NCBI GenBank assembly: GCA_963758525.1
Contig: CAVWVQ010000005.1
Span: 160,001 to 224,000 of the forward strand
Reading direction: 5' to 3'
Length of the DNA: 64,000 nucleotides
DNA from: an uncultured Phycisphaerales bacterium
GTDB lineage: Bacteria > Planctomycetota > Phycisphaerae > Tepidisphaerales > Tepidisphaeraceae
A model generated the notes under the pieces. That model was not told the origin of the DNA. It made no database searches and was given only the letters and a program-made list of their open reading frames with translations. The translations under genes were made by a program, and so were the position numbers. Positions 1-11,869 of this stretch are shown here, piece by piece (within the stretch, counting starts at the first letter, position 1; each line of letters begins with the position of its first letter).

Positions 1-1595
1 CCGATCGCGACCAAAAAGTTGCCGATCGGTCCGGCTGCGACAAAGCGGCTGCTGGTGTCGTCGACCTGATTCGCCTGGACGGAGACCGTGTAGCTGCCAT
101 TGTATGCGGTCGTCCATCCGCCTGCGGGGGCGGGGATGCTGTAGGTGGCAACGCGGGTGTTTGAACCGGAATTTGAATCCACGCCAACGAAGGTGGCGAG
201 CTGGGTGAATCCGGGGCCGCTGACCTGCAGATCCGTGCTGCCCAGTGACGTGGTATCAATCGGCGAAAAACCGGCATACGTCACGACCAGCTTTTCCGCC
301 TGGCTGCCAGCGGCGTTGACGTTCGCTCCAGACGTCAGACTCGCGGTGGGATTTGCGCTTGCAACGACCGTCAGCGGGGCGGTGACGGCGGTATAGGCAT
401 ATCGCGTGTCCCCCTGCGCATCCGTCACTTTCGCGACAAGCCAATAAGTGCCCGGCGTCACGCCTGCGGTCGAGAGCGTAGAGGTGCTATTGGTAATCGT
501 GTTCGCCTGTGCCAGGTTCACACTGCCGAGCGTGTAGGCGAAGGCGTTGTTGTAGGGATTGCGGTCGGTGTCCAGATAGAACGTAACGGTGTCGGCACTG
601 TCGCGATCCTCATGGAGATAGCTGACCTGCATCGAGTTGTTGGTGGCGACAGTGTTGCCGCCCATGACTGCAAGATCGGTAACGTTGCCCCACTGCGTGC
701 CCACCTGACCGGCGGCAGTGCGCGTGCCGGTGCCCCCCGAGGCCGTCCAGACTCCGCTCAGAGGGCGAGCGCCGCCCTCGATGGCGGAATACAGGAAGCC
801 GGTGGCGTCGTGCGCCGGCATGGTGGGGGTGTTGCCGTACCAGTCGCTGTAGATCGGACCTTCGCCGCTGTAGGTGGCAGTCTGGTCGATCGTCCCGTTG
901 TAGTAGCCGGCGGGCGCAAGATGGGGCGTCGAGTAGCCGGCATCGTCGGTGTCGAGCCAATAGACGTTGAGGTTGTAGGCGCCGGCGACGGGGTCGCCGT
1001 CATTGATCTGGCTGGCACTTCCATCATTGCGCCAGTAGTTGTCCGAAAACGCGACGTTGTCATAGAGGGTCGTGGGCGCATCGCCCTGAGCGGCGATCGG
1101 ATCGGGGTCGCAATACGTTTCCTGATCGACCCAGATGCCCGCCTGCCCGAGTGTTTGCGAGATGCCGTCCATCAAAGACGCGCCGCGGCTGACGCCGACT
1201 TCGTGAATCGGCAGCGAGGCCAGGTCTATGCCGTCAACCGGAGTGCTCATCATGTAATTGGCGATGACCGAGCCGATGTAGCTTCCGGGGTAGATCGGGT
1301 TGGCGCTGATGTTGTAATAATCGATGATCAGGATGATCTCGCCGCTGGTGCTGGTTTGCGGGGTCGCTGTTCCACTCACATGAGAGATGCTTCCAAAGAG
1401 TTGTTCGTTGGCAGGGTTGGCGTCGACCGTCAGTACGTATTGCGGGACTTGAGAAGGGCCGCCCATTTTGGCGGTGATCTCAGCGGCCATTGTCTGGATC
1501 CAGCCGTTGGTTCCCCCGAGCCGTCCGGTAGCGAGGATGGTCACGCCCGCGAAGAGTGTTCGAGACTCCAGGGTTTCAACGAATGAGCGATTCAT
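1..1595 (-). CDS. Secreted LEPRxLL-type protein, copy 1 (alpha/beta-hydrolase-like domain plus Ig-like domains); 3' end runs off the window
   Basis: Hand translation from ATG at 1595 gives MNRSFVETLESRTLFAGVTILATGRLGGTNGW...IHEVGVSRGA...CDPDP...STPHLAP, open to the window edge (so absent from the ORF track). Close paralog of 1949-5058 and 9244-11726. Confidence 0.85.
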   Translation of the reverse strand, partial: MNRSFVETLESRTLFAGVTILATGRLGGTNGWIQTMAAEITAKMGGPSQVPQYVLTVDANPANEQLFGSISHVSGTATPQTSTSGEIILIIDYYNISANPIYPGSYIGSVIANYMMSTPVDGIDLASLPIHEVGVSRGASLMDGISQTLGQAGIWVDQETYCDPDPIAAQGDAPTTLYDNVAFSDNYWRNDGSASQINDGDPVAGAYNLNVYWLDTDDAGYSTPHLAPAGYYNGTIDQTATYSGEGPIYSDWYGNTPTMPAHDATGFLYSAIEGGARPLSGVWTASGGTGTRTAAGQVGTQWGNVTDLAVMGGNTVATNNSMQVSYLHEDRDSADTVTFYLDTDRNPYNNAFAYTLGSVNLAQANTITNSTSTLSTAGVTPGTYWLVAKVTDAQGDTRYAYTAVTAPLTVVASANPTASLTSGANVNAAGSQAEKLVVTYAGFSPIDTTSLGSTDLQVSGPGFTQLATFVGVDSNSGSNTRVATYSIPAPAGGWTTAYNGSYTVSVQANQVDDTSSRFVAAGPIGNFLVAI

Positions 1596-1948
1596 GATTG
1601 TCCGTGCCTTCTATGAGGGGTCGTGAGGATCTGAAGTTGCAACTCGATCCTGTCGCGGGTTCTAGACTCACGCGCGATCCACGTCCCATAGCTGAAAGAG
1701 CCGCATTTGCACTGTGCAGGCCAGCCAAATCAGCTTGCCCCAGAAACCCGGAAAAGCAAATTCCTGCCACGTCGGTTTCGATGCGTGGGCATGGCCGAAA
1801 AACGCCAGAAGTGACCAGATTGGAGGGGACCGTCCGTAGAGACCGCGGGATCCCATGAGACGCTGTCAAGGTGGGGAAGCCGGGCCAGTCCGGCGAGTCT
1901 TATGATGGTGACGAGCGCGGGTCCGGCGCGCCCGATTTCTGGTGCACC

Positions 1949-4900
1949 TCATCCAGCGACCAAGGCTGCCGCGATCAGATCCACGCTGCCGCCGTTTCCG
2001 TTGATGTTGGTGGATTTGACGTAACTGATGGTGAGCGTCTGTCCGGCCGAAGCGGCCTTGTAGGTGATGGTGTAGAGATTGGTGTAGAGGCCGTTGCCCG
2101 AGGCGCTGAGCACAACATCAGGGGCCGCTCCGCCGGAGAGATGGGCCGTGAGTGTGCTGCCGCTGGAATTTCCGCCGGCATAGACGTAAAGCGTGCGTGT
2201 GGTGGTGTCCGCCGGAACGGTGAAGGAATACCCGGCGCCGATGGCATTATTGGCCCAGATGTAGGCGTTGTCCGCCGAATCGCTTGCGGTCGGCGCGCCA
2301 TCATTCCAGGAAACCGCGCGGCTCGGATCGTAATACGACCCGACATTTCCCGATCCGAGAACGGTGACGTTGCTGATCTGCGAGGAGCCGGCGGCCTTGT
2401 GATCGAAATTGCCATAGACGTTGCCGCGTCCCCAATGGGCCCAGTCGCTGGTGCCGAGCGCGGTGAGATTGTAGCTGGAGGCGGCAACTGCCTGCACTCC
2501 GCTGAGGGAGCCGGCGCCGGAAGCGGGGATGGCGATTTGGAAATTTCCCAGCGTGGCCTGCACCGCAAAGTTGTTGCTGGTATCAGCGACGGAGCCGCCG
2601 ACAAGGGTGACGGTGTAGCTTCCGTTGGCGGCCATGGTCCAGCCGCCAGAGGGCGCGGCGACGGAGTAGGTCGCGGTGATCGTCGCGCCGTTGCCCGAAG
2701 GCGACGCGCTGACGAACTTGGCGGTCTGACTGGTTGGGCCGGTCAGCCCGATGTTGCCGCTGGCCAGACTGGACGCGTTCACTGCGACGTTATCGGTGTA
2801 GACGACTTTCAGCGTCACCGCTGTCGAAGAAGAGGTGATCGGGGGCACCGCCTGAAGAACGGCCTGCGGCTTGGTCGTATCGGCCACCGGCGCGCCTGCG
2901 AGGTATGCGGCGATGAGATCGACGCTGCCGCCGGTGCCGTTGATGTTAGTGCTCTTGACGTAGCTGATGGTCAGCTTCTGGCCCGCTGAAGCAGCCCTGT
3001 AGGTGATGGTGTAGAGGTTCGTGTAGAGAGCATTGCCCGAAGCGGTGAAGACCACATCGGCCGCCGATTTGTCGGAGAGATGGGCGGTGAGGGTTCCGCC
3101 GCTGGAGTATCCACCGGCATCGATGTAGAGCGTCCGCGTGGTGGTGTCCGCGGGAGCAGTGAAGGAGTAGCCGGCGCCGATGGCGTTGTTGGCCCAGATG
3201 TAGCCGTGCTCATTAGTGTCGGATGCGTCGGGCGTTCCATCGGTCCAGGAGGCATTGCGCGAGTTGTCGGAATAGCCGCCATAGCTGCCGTTACCGAGTG
3301 TGGTGACGTTGGAGATCTGTGAGCCGCCGGTCGCTTTGTGGTCGAAGTTGCCGAGGGTGGCTCCGCGGCCCCAGTAAGCCCAGTCAGCCGTGCCCAGAGT
3401 GGTCAGGTTGTAGCTGGAGGCGGGCGCGTTTTGAGAGCCGGCCAGAGAGCCGCCAAGCGCGACCGAGAAGCTGCCGATCATCCCTGAAGGAACGTACTGC
3501 TTGCTGGTGTCATAGACCTGGTTGGCCTGGACGGCAACGGTGTAAGCGCCGTTGTTGGCGGTAGTCCACCCGCCTGCGGGGGCGGGAATGCTGTAGGTGG
3601 CAACGCGCGTGTACGAGCCGCTGCTGGCACTAACGCCGACGTAGGTCGCCAATTGCTTGAAGCCGGGGCCGGTGACTTGCAGATCAGCGCTGTCGAGAGA
3701 AGTCACATTGATCGGAGCGGAACTCGCATAGGTAACCACGAGCTTCTCAGCCTGGCTGGCGGCGCCGCCGACGTTAATGTTCGGGGCGGAAGTCAGACTT
3801 GCGGTCGGTCCGGTGCTTGCGGTGACGGTAAGCGGAGCGGTGACGGCGTTGTAGGTGTAGCGTGTGTCTCCCTGAGCATCTGTCACCTTGGCGACCAGCC
3901 AGTAGGTGCCCGGCGTCACGCCGGCGGTGGAGAGCGCGGCGGTGCTCTTGGTGACCGTGTTCGTCTGTCCCAGATTCACACTGCCGAGTGTGTAAGCGAA
4001 TGCGTTGTTGTACGGATTGCGATCAGAGTCTAGATAGAACGTGATGGTGTCGGCACTGTCGCGGTCTTCGTGGAGATAGCTGACTTGCAATGAATTGCCG
4101 GTGGCGATGCTGCTGCCGCTGGTGACGGCAAGATCGGTCGCATCGCCCCATTGCGTGCCAGCCTGTCCGGCGGCGGTGCGCGTGCCGGTGCCTCCCGACG
4201 CCGTCCAGACTCCGCTCAAAGGGCGCACTCCGCCCTCAATCGCGGAATACAGAAATCCGGTGGCGTTGCGCCCGGCATGGTCGGCGTGTTGCCGTACCAG
4301 TCGCTGTAGATCGGGCCTTCGCCGCTCTGCGTGGCGGTGAGATCGATCGTGCCGTTGTAGTAGCCCGCGGGAGCAAGATGCGGCGTCGAGTAGCCCGCGC
4401 TATCGGTATCGAGAAAAGGCAGGTTCAAGTTGTAAGCGCCATTGACGGGGTCGCCGTCATTAATCTGGCTTGCGCTGCCGTCGTTGCGCCAGTAATTGTC
4501 GACGAATGCGACGTTGTCGTAGATGGTGGTCGCAGCGTCGCCCTGCGCGGCGATCGGATCTGGATCGAGATACGTTTCCTGATCGACCCAGACGCCTGCC
4601 TGACCGAGCGTTTGGGCCATGCCGTCCATCAACGACGATCCGCGGCTGACGCCCACCGCGTGAATCGGAAGGGACGCCAGCAGGATGCCATCCACGGGAG
4701 TGCTCATCATGTAATTGGCGATGACAGAACCGATATATGAGCCGGGATAGATCGGGTTGGCGCTGATGTTGTAATAATTGACAAGGACGATGATCTCGCC
4801 GCTGGTGTTGGTCTGCGGGGTCGCCGTTCCGCTCACGTGAGATATGCTCGCAAACAGTTGCTCGTTGGACGGGTTTGCATCGACCGTCAGCACGTACTGC

Positions 4901-5058
4901 GGAACCTGAGATGCGCCGCCCAGCTTGGCGGTGATCTCATTGGCCATGGTCTGCATCCAGCCGTTGGTGCCCCCGAGCCTTCCGGTGGCAAGGACGGTCA
5001 CCCCTGCAAAAAGTCTGCGCGGCTCCAATGTTTCGACGAATGAAAATGAGCGATTCAT
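1949..5058 (-). CDS. Secreted LEPRxLL-type protein, copy 2 (hydrolase-like domain, Ig-like domains, two C-terminal DWA(H/Y)WG repeat domains); one frameshift near 4272
   Basis: ORF 4216-5112 (MNRSFSFVETLEPRRLFAG... from ATG 5058) joins ORF 1949-4228. Alignment with copy 1 (MPAHDATGFLYS) shows one missing base in ATGCCGG-GCGCAAC. Confidence 0.85.
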
Positions 5059-5504
5059 GATTTTTCCCGAACTCCTGCACATGATGCCGAACAAGTGACG
5101 ACCCAGAAACATTGCACTTTTAAGTAGTCATTCCTAAAGATCTGAGGAGCTGGATCGGTCTGGCGAATGTTGCGCCGTCAGCATTGCGGATTGGATCAAT
5201 AAAGCAAGTCCTTGACTTTTCATTTTATAGGACCTGAACGTGGGCTAATACGCTCAAAAGCGTCATATTATGGATCAAGCCGCTGCCCCGGCGGGCAGTG
5301 CGATGAGTCCGCTGTTAAGCGGGGAAAGATCAGGCGTGGTTCTCGCTCCCTGATCGTCGATATAGGAACCGGATTCCTGATAATCCCTTTGACGGCCATG
5401 GGAAAAACGCAAATTGCAAAGCTGGTCTGACCGACTATCCAACATGGAGTGGGTCGTCGGCCCGACGTTGGCTCTCTCCTCGCCTCTGCAAAGTTGGTGT
5501 CATC

Positions 5505-6766
5505 ATGCGACGAACACTGGGTATCCTGCTTCTCACCGTTGCCGTCCTGCAGCTAGGGTTTCGGGGACTGCAACGCGTGCGCGCTGACGTGCCCGCCTGG
5601 GATTTTGCCTCGGTTTATGCCGCGGCGCGGACTTGGATGCATGGCGGAGATCCGTACGATCTGCCCGCCGTGGTCGCGACCTGGCGCGGCGCGGGGGCTT
5701 TCGCTCATCGCGATGTCAGCTACTTCGCGACCGTCTACCCACCAAGCTCGCTGGTGACGATCATGCCGCTGGCGGTGTTGCCCGCCGCTCCCGCAATGAT
5801 CCTGTGGATGGCACTGACCATCGCTTTGTTGGCACTGCAATTTCTGGCGCTGGGGGACATGGCGCATCTGGACCGGCGCGACCCGCGGATGCTCATTCTC
5901 ATCGGTGCGTCACTCGCCTCGGCGGCGCTGCAATTCGGCATTCTTTCGGGCCAACTCTCCATACCAGCGATATCGCTTTGCATCATCGCGTTCTGGTGCG
6001 CTGGCCGGCAACGCGACACGCTCGCCGGCGTTCTCCTCGGATTGGCGTGCGCGGTCAAGCCGCAGGTTGCGGCGCCGTTTGCCCTCTACTACATGATTCT
6101 TCGCAGGTTCAATCTGGTTGGATTCACCATCCTCATTGGGGCGGCGATCTGGATCGTGGCGCTGATCGCGATGCACGGTTCGCACGTCGACTGGATCGAT
6201 GGATGGAAACACAGCGTCGCCGAAACAACGCGCGTCGGCGGCGTGAACGATTATGGGTGGAGCAATCGTTTTCGCGATGAAATCGTGGACCTGAAAATGG
6301 TGCTCGTCGGGTTCCTGCATCGCCCGGCAGTTCTGCGCGCGGGGTGGAGAGCATCGTGGTCGTGCTCGTCGCCTGTTATGTAGCGTGGTTCCCCCGCGGC
6401 GAAAAGCGGACGTCGCGGAATGAGTTGCTGGCGCTGTCGGCTCTTGGAGCAATTTGCCTGCTCCCGGTCTATCACCGCGTGTATGACGTTGCCCTGCTCA
6501 CCACCGCCCTTGCGTGGGCTCTGGCCGAACTGGACGGGCCGCGGCGGGGCTATGCCAGGGCGCTGCTGATCCCGATGGCGTTTTTTCTCATCCCGTTCGA
6601 CAGCGTCAAATCGGTTGGCAACCGCCTGCATCGTCTTTCAGGACTTTCGCAAAAGTGGTGGTGGCAGTCCCTTGTCCTGCCGCATTATGCCTGGGCGCTG
6701 CTGGCGACAACGATCGTGCTGCTGCTGGCAATGCGGGCTTTATCTACCAAACCCAGTCAAAGGTAG
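5505..6766 (+). CDS. GT-C fold glycosyltransferase, GT87/DUF2029-like; frameshift near 6344
   Basis: Motifs DFASVYAAA..W..GGDPY, YPP, GQ and AVKPQ; multi-TM. ORF 5505-6383 continues as 6344-6766 (PVYHRVYD) after one missing G in a G run. Confidence 0.8.
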
Positions 6767-6783
6767 TGGGGGCGCGTAAAGGG

Positions 6784-6807
6784 AGCCGCGGATGTACATC
6801 CGCGGCT
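6784..6807. repeat. Perfect 24-bp palindrome (REP-like or bidirectional terminator)
   Basis: AGCCGCGGATGT-ACATCCGCGGCT, between the convergent GT87 and GT2 genes. Confidence 0.7.
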
Positions 6808-6865
6808 TAGATCTGTTTCCGTACATTTGTAACTAAACGGGAGAGAACTGCTCGGTGAGATCAAG

Positions 6866-7771
6866 TCACGCTATCAACTGCGGATTCTCGGCTTCCTCGA
6901 CCGCGTTCAGGTCGAAGGCAGTTCGCGAATGCTTGAGCTGCCAAAGCTCCTTGAACGTGCGCAGGATTACGCGAAGGTTGGCGCCGGTGGGTTTGCCGGC
7001 GGTGCGCGGATAATGCGGAACGGCAGTTTCGTCCCAGACAATCCTGGCGTTCTTCAGCGCGAAGAACATCTCCCCATTGATCAGCGCGCCGGTGGCATAG
7101 ACCGGGCGGATGGTTTTCCAAATCGACCGACGAAATAGTTTCATCCCGCAGTTCAAGTCCGAGGGGTGAACCCCCAGCATGGTGCGGACGAGCAAGTTGT
7201 ACAAACGGCTGTTCAGTTTCCGCTGGAACGTGTCGGCCCGCTTTTCGCGGAAGCCGGTGACGTAATCGGCTTGAGCGGTCAACGGGAAGAGCCGGCTGAT
7301 GTCGCTGGCATGGAACTGCCCGTCAGAGTCCATGAATGCAATCCAATTCTTCTCGGCCTGATCGCACCCGGACCGCACCGCCGCGCCATATCCCTGATTT
7401 TTCTCGTGATGGACCACTTTCAGCTTCGGTATTTCACTTTGGAGCTTCCGCAGAAGGTCGAGCGACCCGTCGCTCGACCCGTCATCAGTCACGATAATCT
7501 CGCCATCGATCTGCGCGGCGGCAAACCATTGCTGTGAATCGCGGATCGTCTTCTCGATATTCTGCACTTCGTTAAAGCATGGAAGCACCAAGGACAGGCC
7601 GCCCTCGACCAGCGTTCCCGATGCATCCGGGCGCGTTGGAGTTTGCGGCACGGCGTGCCGCAGGGCACCCGTTCCGGCGGCGGAACGCTGCTGTTCCGGC
7701 CACGCTTTGGCAACGCCGCCAGAGGCGTTTCCGTGCGCGGAAGGACGGTTCTGGATTTGAGCAATCGACAT
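6866..7771 (-). CDS. Glycosyltransferase family 2, DPM1/polyprenol-phosphate sugar synthase-like
   Basis: LSLVLPCFNE, TDDGSSDGS, HEKNQGYGAAVRSG, FMDSDGQF, DLNCGMKLFRR. Start uncertain (7771 or 7813). Confidence 0.85.
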   Translation of the reverse strand: MSIAQIQNRPSAHGNASGGVAKAWPEQQRSAAGTGALRHAVPQTPTRPDASGTLVEGGLSLVLPCFNEVQNIEKTIRDSQQWFAAAQIDGEIIVTDDGSSDGSLDLLRKLQSEIPKLKVVHHEKNQGYGAAVRSGCDQAEKNWIAFMDSDGQFHASDISRLFPLTAQADYVTGFREKRADTFQRKLNSRLYNLLVRTMLGVHPSDLNCGMKLFRRSIWKTIRPVYATGALINGEMFFALKNARIVWDETAVPHYPRTAGKPTGANLRVILRTFKELWQLKHSRTAFDLNAVEEAENPQLIA

Positions 7772-7942
7772 CAGCGTTCTCCAGCGGTTGGTTCCGCGCT
7801 TAGTATTCATCACCGCTCGCGATAGGACAAATACTTCTTCTGATTATTTGTTTCGGCATCGGGCTAAAGCAAGTTAACGCACCGGAATGTCCGATATTGC
7901 TAACGCTACGCGAAAGGCCCCCGCAGTCATCGCTAAGTGATC

Positions 7943-9022
7943 TTACCCATTTAACCACGCCGTACGCGGCGATCGCCCTAATACTAGCACCACTACGATC
8001 GACCCAATCAGCGTAAGGAAGAAGTTCAGCATGTCCAGTGCTGGCGAGGCAGGAAAATGCATGTGCGACACCAAGGCGCGAACGAACTCAGCAATCAGCA
8101 CATGGCATAGATAAATCCCATAGCTATATCGTCCAATCCGCGCCAAGATCGGAACCCACGCTCCGTTCCACGGCGCCAGTGCCGCAAGCATGCAACCCAG
8201 CCCCGACAGCGCACGAGGTACAAGTTGAATGCCGTTAATGGCTTGCTGCACGGAACAGACGGTTGCGAGAACGATCCCCACGATCCCCGTTGTCATCGAA
8301 ACGGAGTACACCACCGGCCCCGCTGTCATAAACCAGGCAAACGCCAAGCCCCAACACGCGGCAGGCAGCGCTCGCCAATCCTGCACGTAGGCGTAGGTCG
8401 GATTGTCAAACACCTGGTTCCAACTGGCGGGCATGTGAACATAGGCAATCACGGCGCCGGCCGCGACCGCAGTCAGGATCAGCGGCCAGCGGAACTTGCG
8501 ATGGTCCCGCAACACTGTCCAATGGATCAGAGCCAGCAGAATGGAGCCGGCCAGAAGAAACGGCAAAAACCAAAGGTGATATTCGATCCCCTTCCACAAG
8601 AGGCCGGGATGTAATCGAACCAGGCTCTTGTGCGCAAGGATCCTTCCCGCATCACGGGCAAAGAGATAAATCGCGCTCCAGGCGAGGAAGGGGTAATAAA
8701 GCCGCTTGACGCGCCCCAGAACGTACTGCCAAAACGTTTTGTCTGTTTTTCGGCGGAAAGAGAGCGACTGAAAGTAGAACGAGGCAAATAAGTAAAACGG
8801 CACGGCGAAGCGGAATAGGTCCCGTGAAGCATCCAGCGCCGGATACCTCACTGAATGGATGTAGACGATTCCCGCGGCAGCAACGAGCCTGATCACGTCA
8901 ATCGCTTCGTTGCGCGGCTTGGAACGCACAACCGGTTGCGACTCACCGCTAATGACGTCTTTGGCAGGGGGGTTGCTGCACAGCGCCGCCCCGGATGGCT
9001 GAACCGCGTATTCCGTGCTCAT
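7943..9022 (-). CDS. Acyltransferase family 3 (OafA-like membrane O-acyltransferase)
   Basis: RNEAIDVIR...H, RFAVPFY, RVKRLYYPFLAW, YHLWFL, GRYSYGIYLCH; multi-TM. Confidence 0.85.
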   Translation of the reverse strand: MSTEYAVQPSGAALCSNPPAKDVISGESQPVVRSKPRNEAIDVIRLVAAAGIVYIHSVRYPALDASRDLFRFAVPFYLFASFYFQSLSFRRKTDKTFWQYVLGRVKRLYYPFLAWSAIYLFARDAGRILAHKSLVRLHPGLLWKGIEYHLWFLPFLLAGSILLALIHWTVLRDHRKFRWPLILTAVAAGAVIAYVHMPASWNQVFDNPTYAYVQDWRALPAACWGLAFAWFMTAGPVVYSVSMTTGIVGIVLATVCSVQQAINGIQLVPRALSGLGCMLAALAPWNGAWVPILARIGRYSYGIYLCHVLIAEFVRALVSHMHFPASPALDMLNFFLTLIGSIVVVLVLGRSPRTAWLNG

Positions 9023-9243
9023 GATAGTTCGCATTCTCGGAACCGTTGGGGGCCGCTGTCAATTTTGAGCGAGAAGATTTCCCAAAGGATTCGGCGATCC
9101 TTTCCCTGACCTCGGTTTGCCTGCGTCCGTTTCTGTTGCATATTCAATTCGACGCACACAGCGCTGCCTGAGCCGGCTTTGCTCCGAATCGGAGATTGCC
9201 GTGCATCATCGGCGGGATGTGCCCGGGAATTTATTCCAAAGCC

Positions 9244-11726
9244 ATGCATAGCTCGATGATTGAAACCCTGGAGTCCCGCACGCTGTTCGCGGGTGTAACG
9301 ATTCTTGCCACTGGCAGGCTCGGCGGAACCAATGGCTGGATACAGACAATGTCGGACGCGATCACGACCCAACTCGGCGGGCCGTCGCAGGTCCCGCAAT
9401 ATGTGCTGTCGATCAACGCGGATCCCAACACCGAAGACCTGGTTCCCAGCATTCAGCATGTTGATGGCACCGCCACGCCGCAAACCAGCAGCAGCGGCGA
9501 GATCATCCTGGTGATCGACTATTACAACATCAGCGCCAACCCAATCTATTCGTCGACATACATCGGCTCGGTTATCGCTGATTACATGATGAATACCCCG
9601 GTCGATGGCATCCAACTCGCGTCGCTTCCGATCCACGAGATCGGCGTCAGTCGCGGAGCTGCAGTGATGGACGGGATCTCCCAGACCCTTGGACAGGCCG
9701 GCGTCTGGGTCGACCAGGAAACGTATTGCGATCCCGATCCGATCGCGGCGCAGGGGGATCCGCCATCCACCATTTATGACAACGTTGCTTTTGTCGACGA
9801 CTACTGGCGCAACGATGGAAGCGCGAGTCAGATCAACGACGGCAATCCCGTCAACGGCGCATCGAACCTGAATGTGTACTGGCTGGATAGTGACGATGCC
9901 GGCTACTCCACTCCGCATCTTGCCCCTGCTGGCTATTACGTCGGCACAATCGACCAAAATGCCACCTACAGCGGCGAAGGTCCGATTTACAGCGATTGGT
10001 ATGGGACCACGCCTGACATGCCCGCACGCGATCAAACCGGATGGATTTATTCCAGCATCGTCGGGGCGGCCCGCCCGCTGAGCGGCGTGTGGGCAGCCTC
10101 GGGCGGCACGGGCACGCGCACCGCCGCCGGGCAGACAGACGCACAATGGGGCAACGCAACGGACCTGGCCGTCAGTGGAGGTAACACAGTCACTGCCAAC
10201 AACTCGATGCAGGTGAGCTACATCCATCAGGATCGCGACAGCGCGGACACAATCACGTTTTATCTGGACTCTGATCGCAATCCCTGCAACAACGCATTCG
10301 CTTACACGCTCGGCAGCGTGAACCTGCCGGAGACGGATCTGATCACCAAGAGCACTGCCAGGCTTTCCACCGCGGGCGTGGCGCCCGGCACGTACTGGCT
10401 GTGCGCGAAGATTACCGATGCCCAGGGAAATACGCGCTACACCTACAATGCGGTGACATCGCCGCTCACGGTGCAGCGCCCGGCGCCATCAGCGGCAGGG
10501 TCTTCAATGACGTGAACGCCGACGGCGTACTTGACGCAGGCGACCACGGCGCGGCCGGTCGAGTGGTCTACGTCGATCTCGAGGGAAGCGGACAGGATCA
10601 GCCGGCCGATCCTTGCGCGGTCACGGACGCCAACGGCAATTACACCATCACCGGCCTGACGCCTGGAATCGCGCTGACCGTGCGCGAGGTCGTACCTGCC
10701 GGAATGCGGCAGACCGCTGCGCCGTCATCAACGGTGACGCTCTCCGCCGGGCAGACAGCGACCGTCGCCAACTTCGCAACAACTCAAATTCTGGGCGGCC
10801 TGCGCGGCACGGTGTTCAACGACCTGGACGGCAACGGTGTCTTGGACCCCGGCGAGCCTGGTTTGGCGGGGCGCATGGTATACGTCGACCTGGACGGAAG
10901 CGGCCAATACAAAACAACCGATCCGTCTGCAATCACCGACGCGAACGGCAACTACACGATCAACGGCTTGACCCCCGGGGGGGCAGTTATTGTCCGGGAA
11001 GCAGTCCCGGCTGGAATGCGCGAGACGACGGCCCCAGCCAGTGCCGTGACCATCGTTCCGAGCGAGATTGTGACCGTCGCTGATTTCGCAACAACCCAGA
11101 TTCCTGCCGCCGTCACTGGCAGGTCCTTCGACGACACCAACGGCAACGGCGTGCAGGATGCCGGCGAAGCGAGCGTCGCCGGACTCCTGGTCTACGTCGA
11201 TCTGGACGGCAGTGGGAAATACGAATCGAACGATCCGTCTGCTGTCACCGACGCGAACGGCAATTATGCGATCACGGGCTTGGCGCCCGGTGTTCCGCTG
11301 ATCATTGACGCGGTCATCCCCAGCGACATGCGACAGACGGCGGCGCCCGCCGCGCCCTTGACCCTCTCGGCAGGGCAGACGTTGAGCGGCGCTGACTTTG
11401 GAATCACCCAAACCGCGCTGATCCGCGGAGTTGTCGTCCTCAAGGACATTCCCGACACCCCGGCGCTGAGTTCGCCGAACGGCTTCGAGCTGATTCTCAC
11501 GCAGCATCCACTGCGCGGGAAGGTGAAGAAGTTCATCAGCTTCACGAATCCTGACGGAACTTTCGCCTTCAATGGCATCGAACCCGATGCAAGCGACACT
11601 CTGCAGCTTGTGAAACGGAAAGGATTTAAGCTCGCACCACACTCCCGCGATCGTTACAAACTGCGCATCAGTGATGGGGAGGTGGCAAACGGGATTGTCT
11701 TCTCACAGGTTCCGGTGTTCCGGTGA
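9244..11726 (+). CDS. Secreted LEPRxLL-type protein, copy 3 (hydrolase-like domain, Ig-like domain, three SdrD-B-like repeats); frameshift near 10473
   Basis: MHSSMIETLESRTLFAG... in ORF 9196-10515 joins ORF 10401-11726, which has three G.VF.D..G.G..D.GE..(V)YVDL.GSG repeats. One missing base at GTG-CAGCG. Confidence 0.85.
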
Positions 11727-11869
11727 TCCCTCCTGCGAGTCGCGTGCGGTTGAATAGAGAGGTTTTCGGTACACTGATACGATAACGCACGTCTGGCCAG
11801 TAGCCGACTCGGAATCAGCCCGATAATGTTACAATCCGGTCCTGCTGCTTGGCGGCGGCCGTTGGACCG

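Noticed and set aside
9105..9140. GGCAAACC and GGACGCA fragments resembling a c-di-GMP-I riboswitch
   Set aside because: The elements are in the wrong order and the P2/P3 stems are missing.
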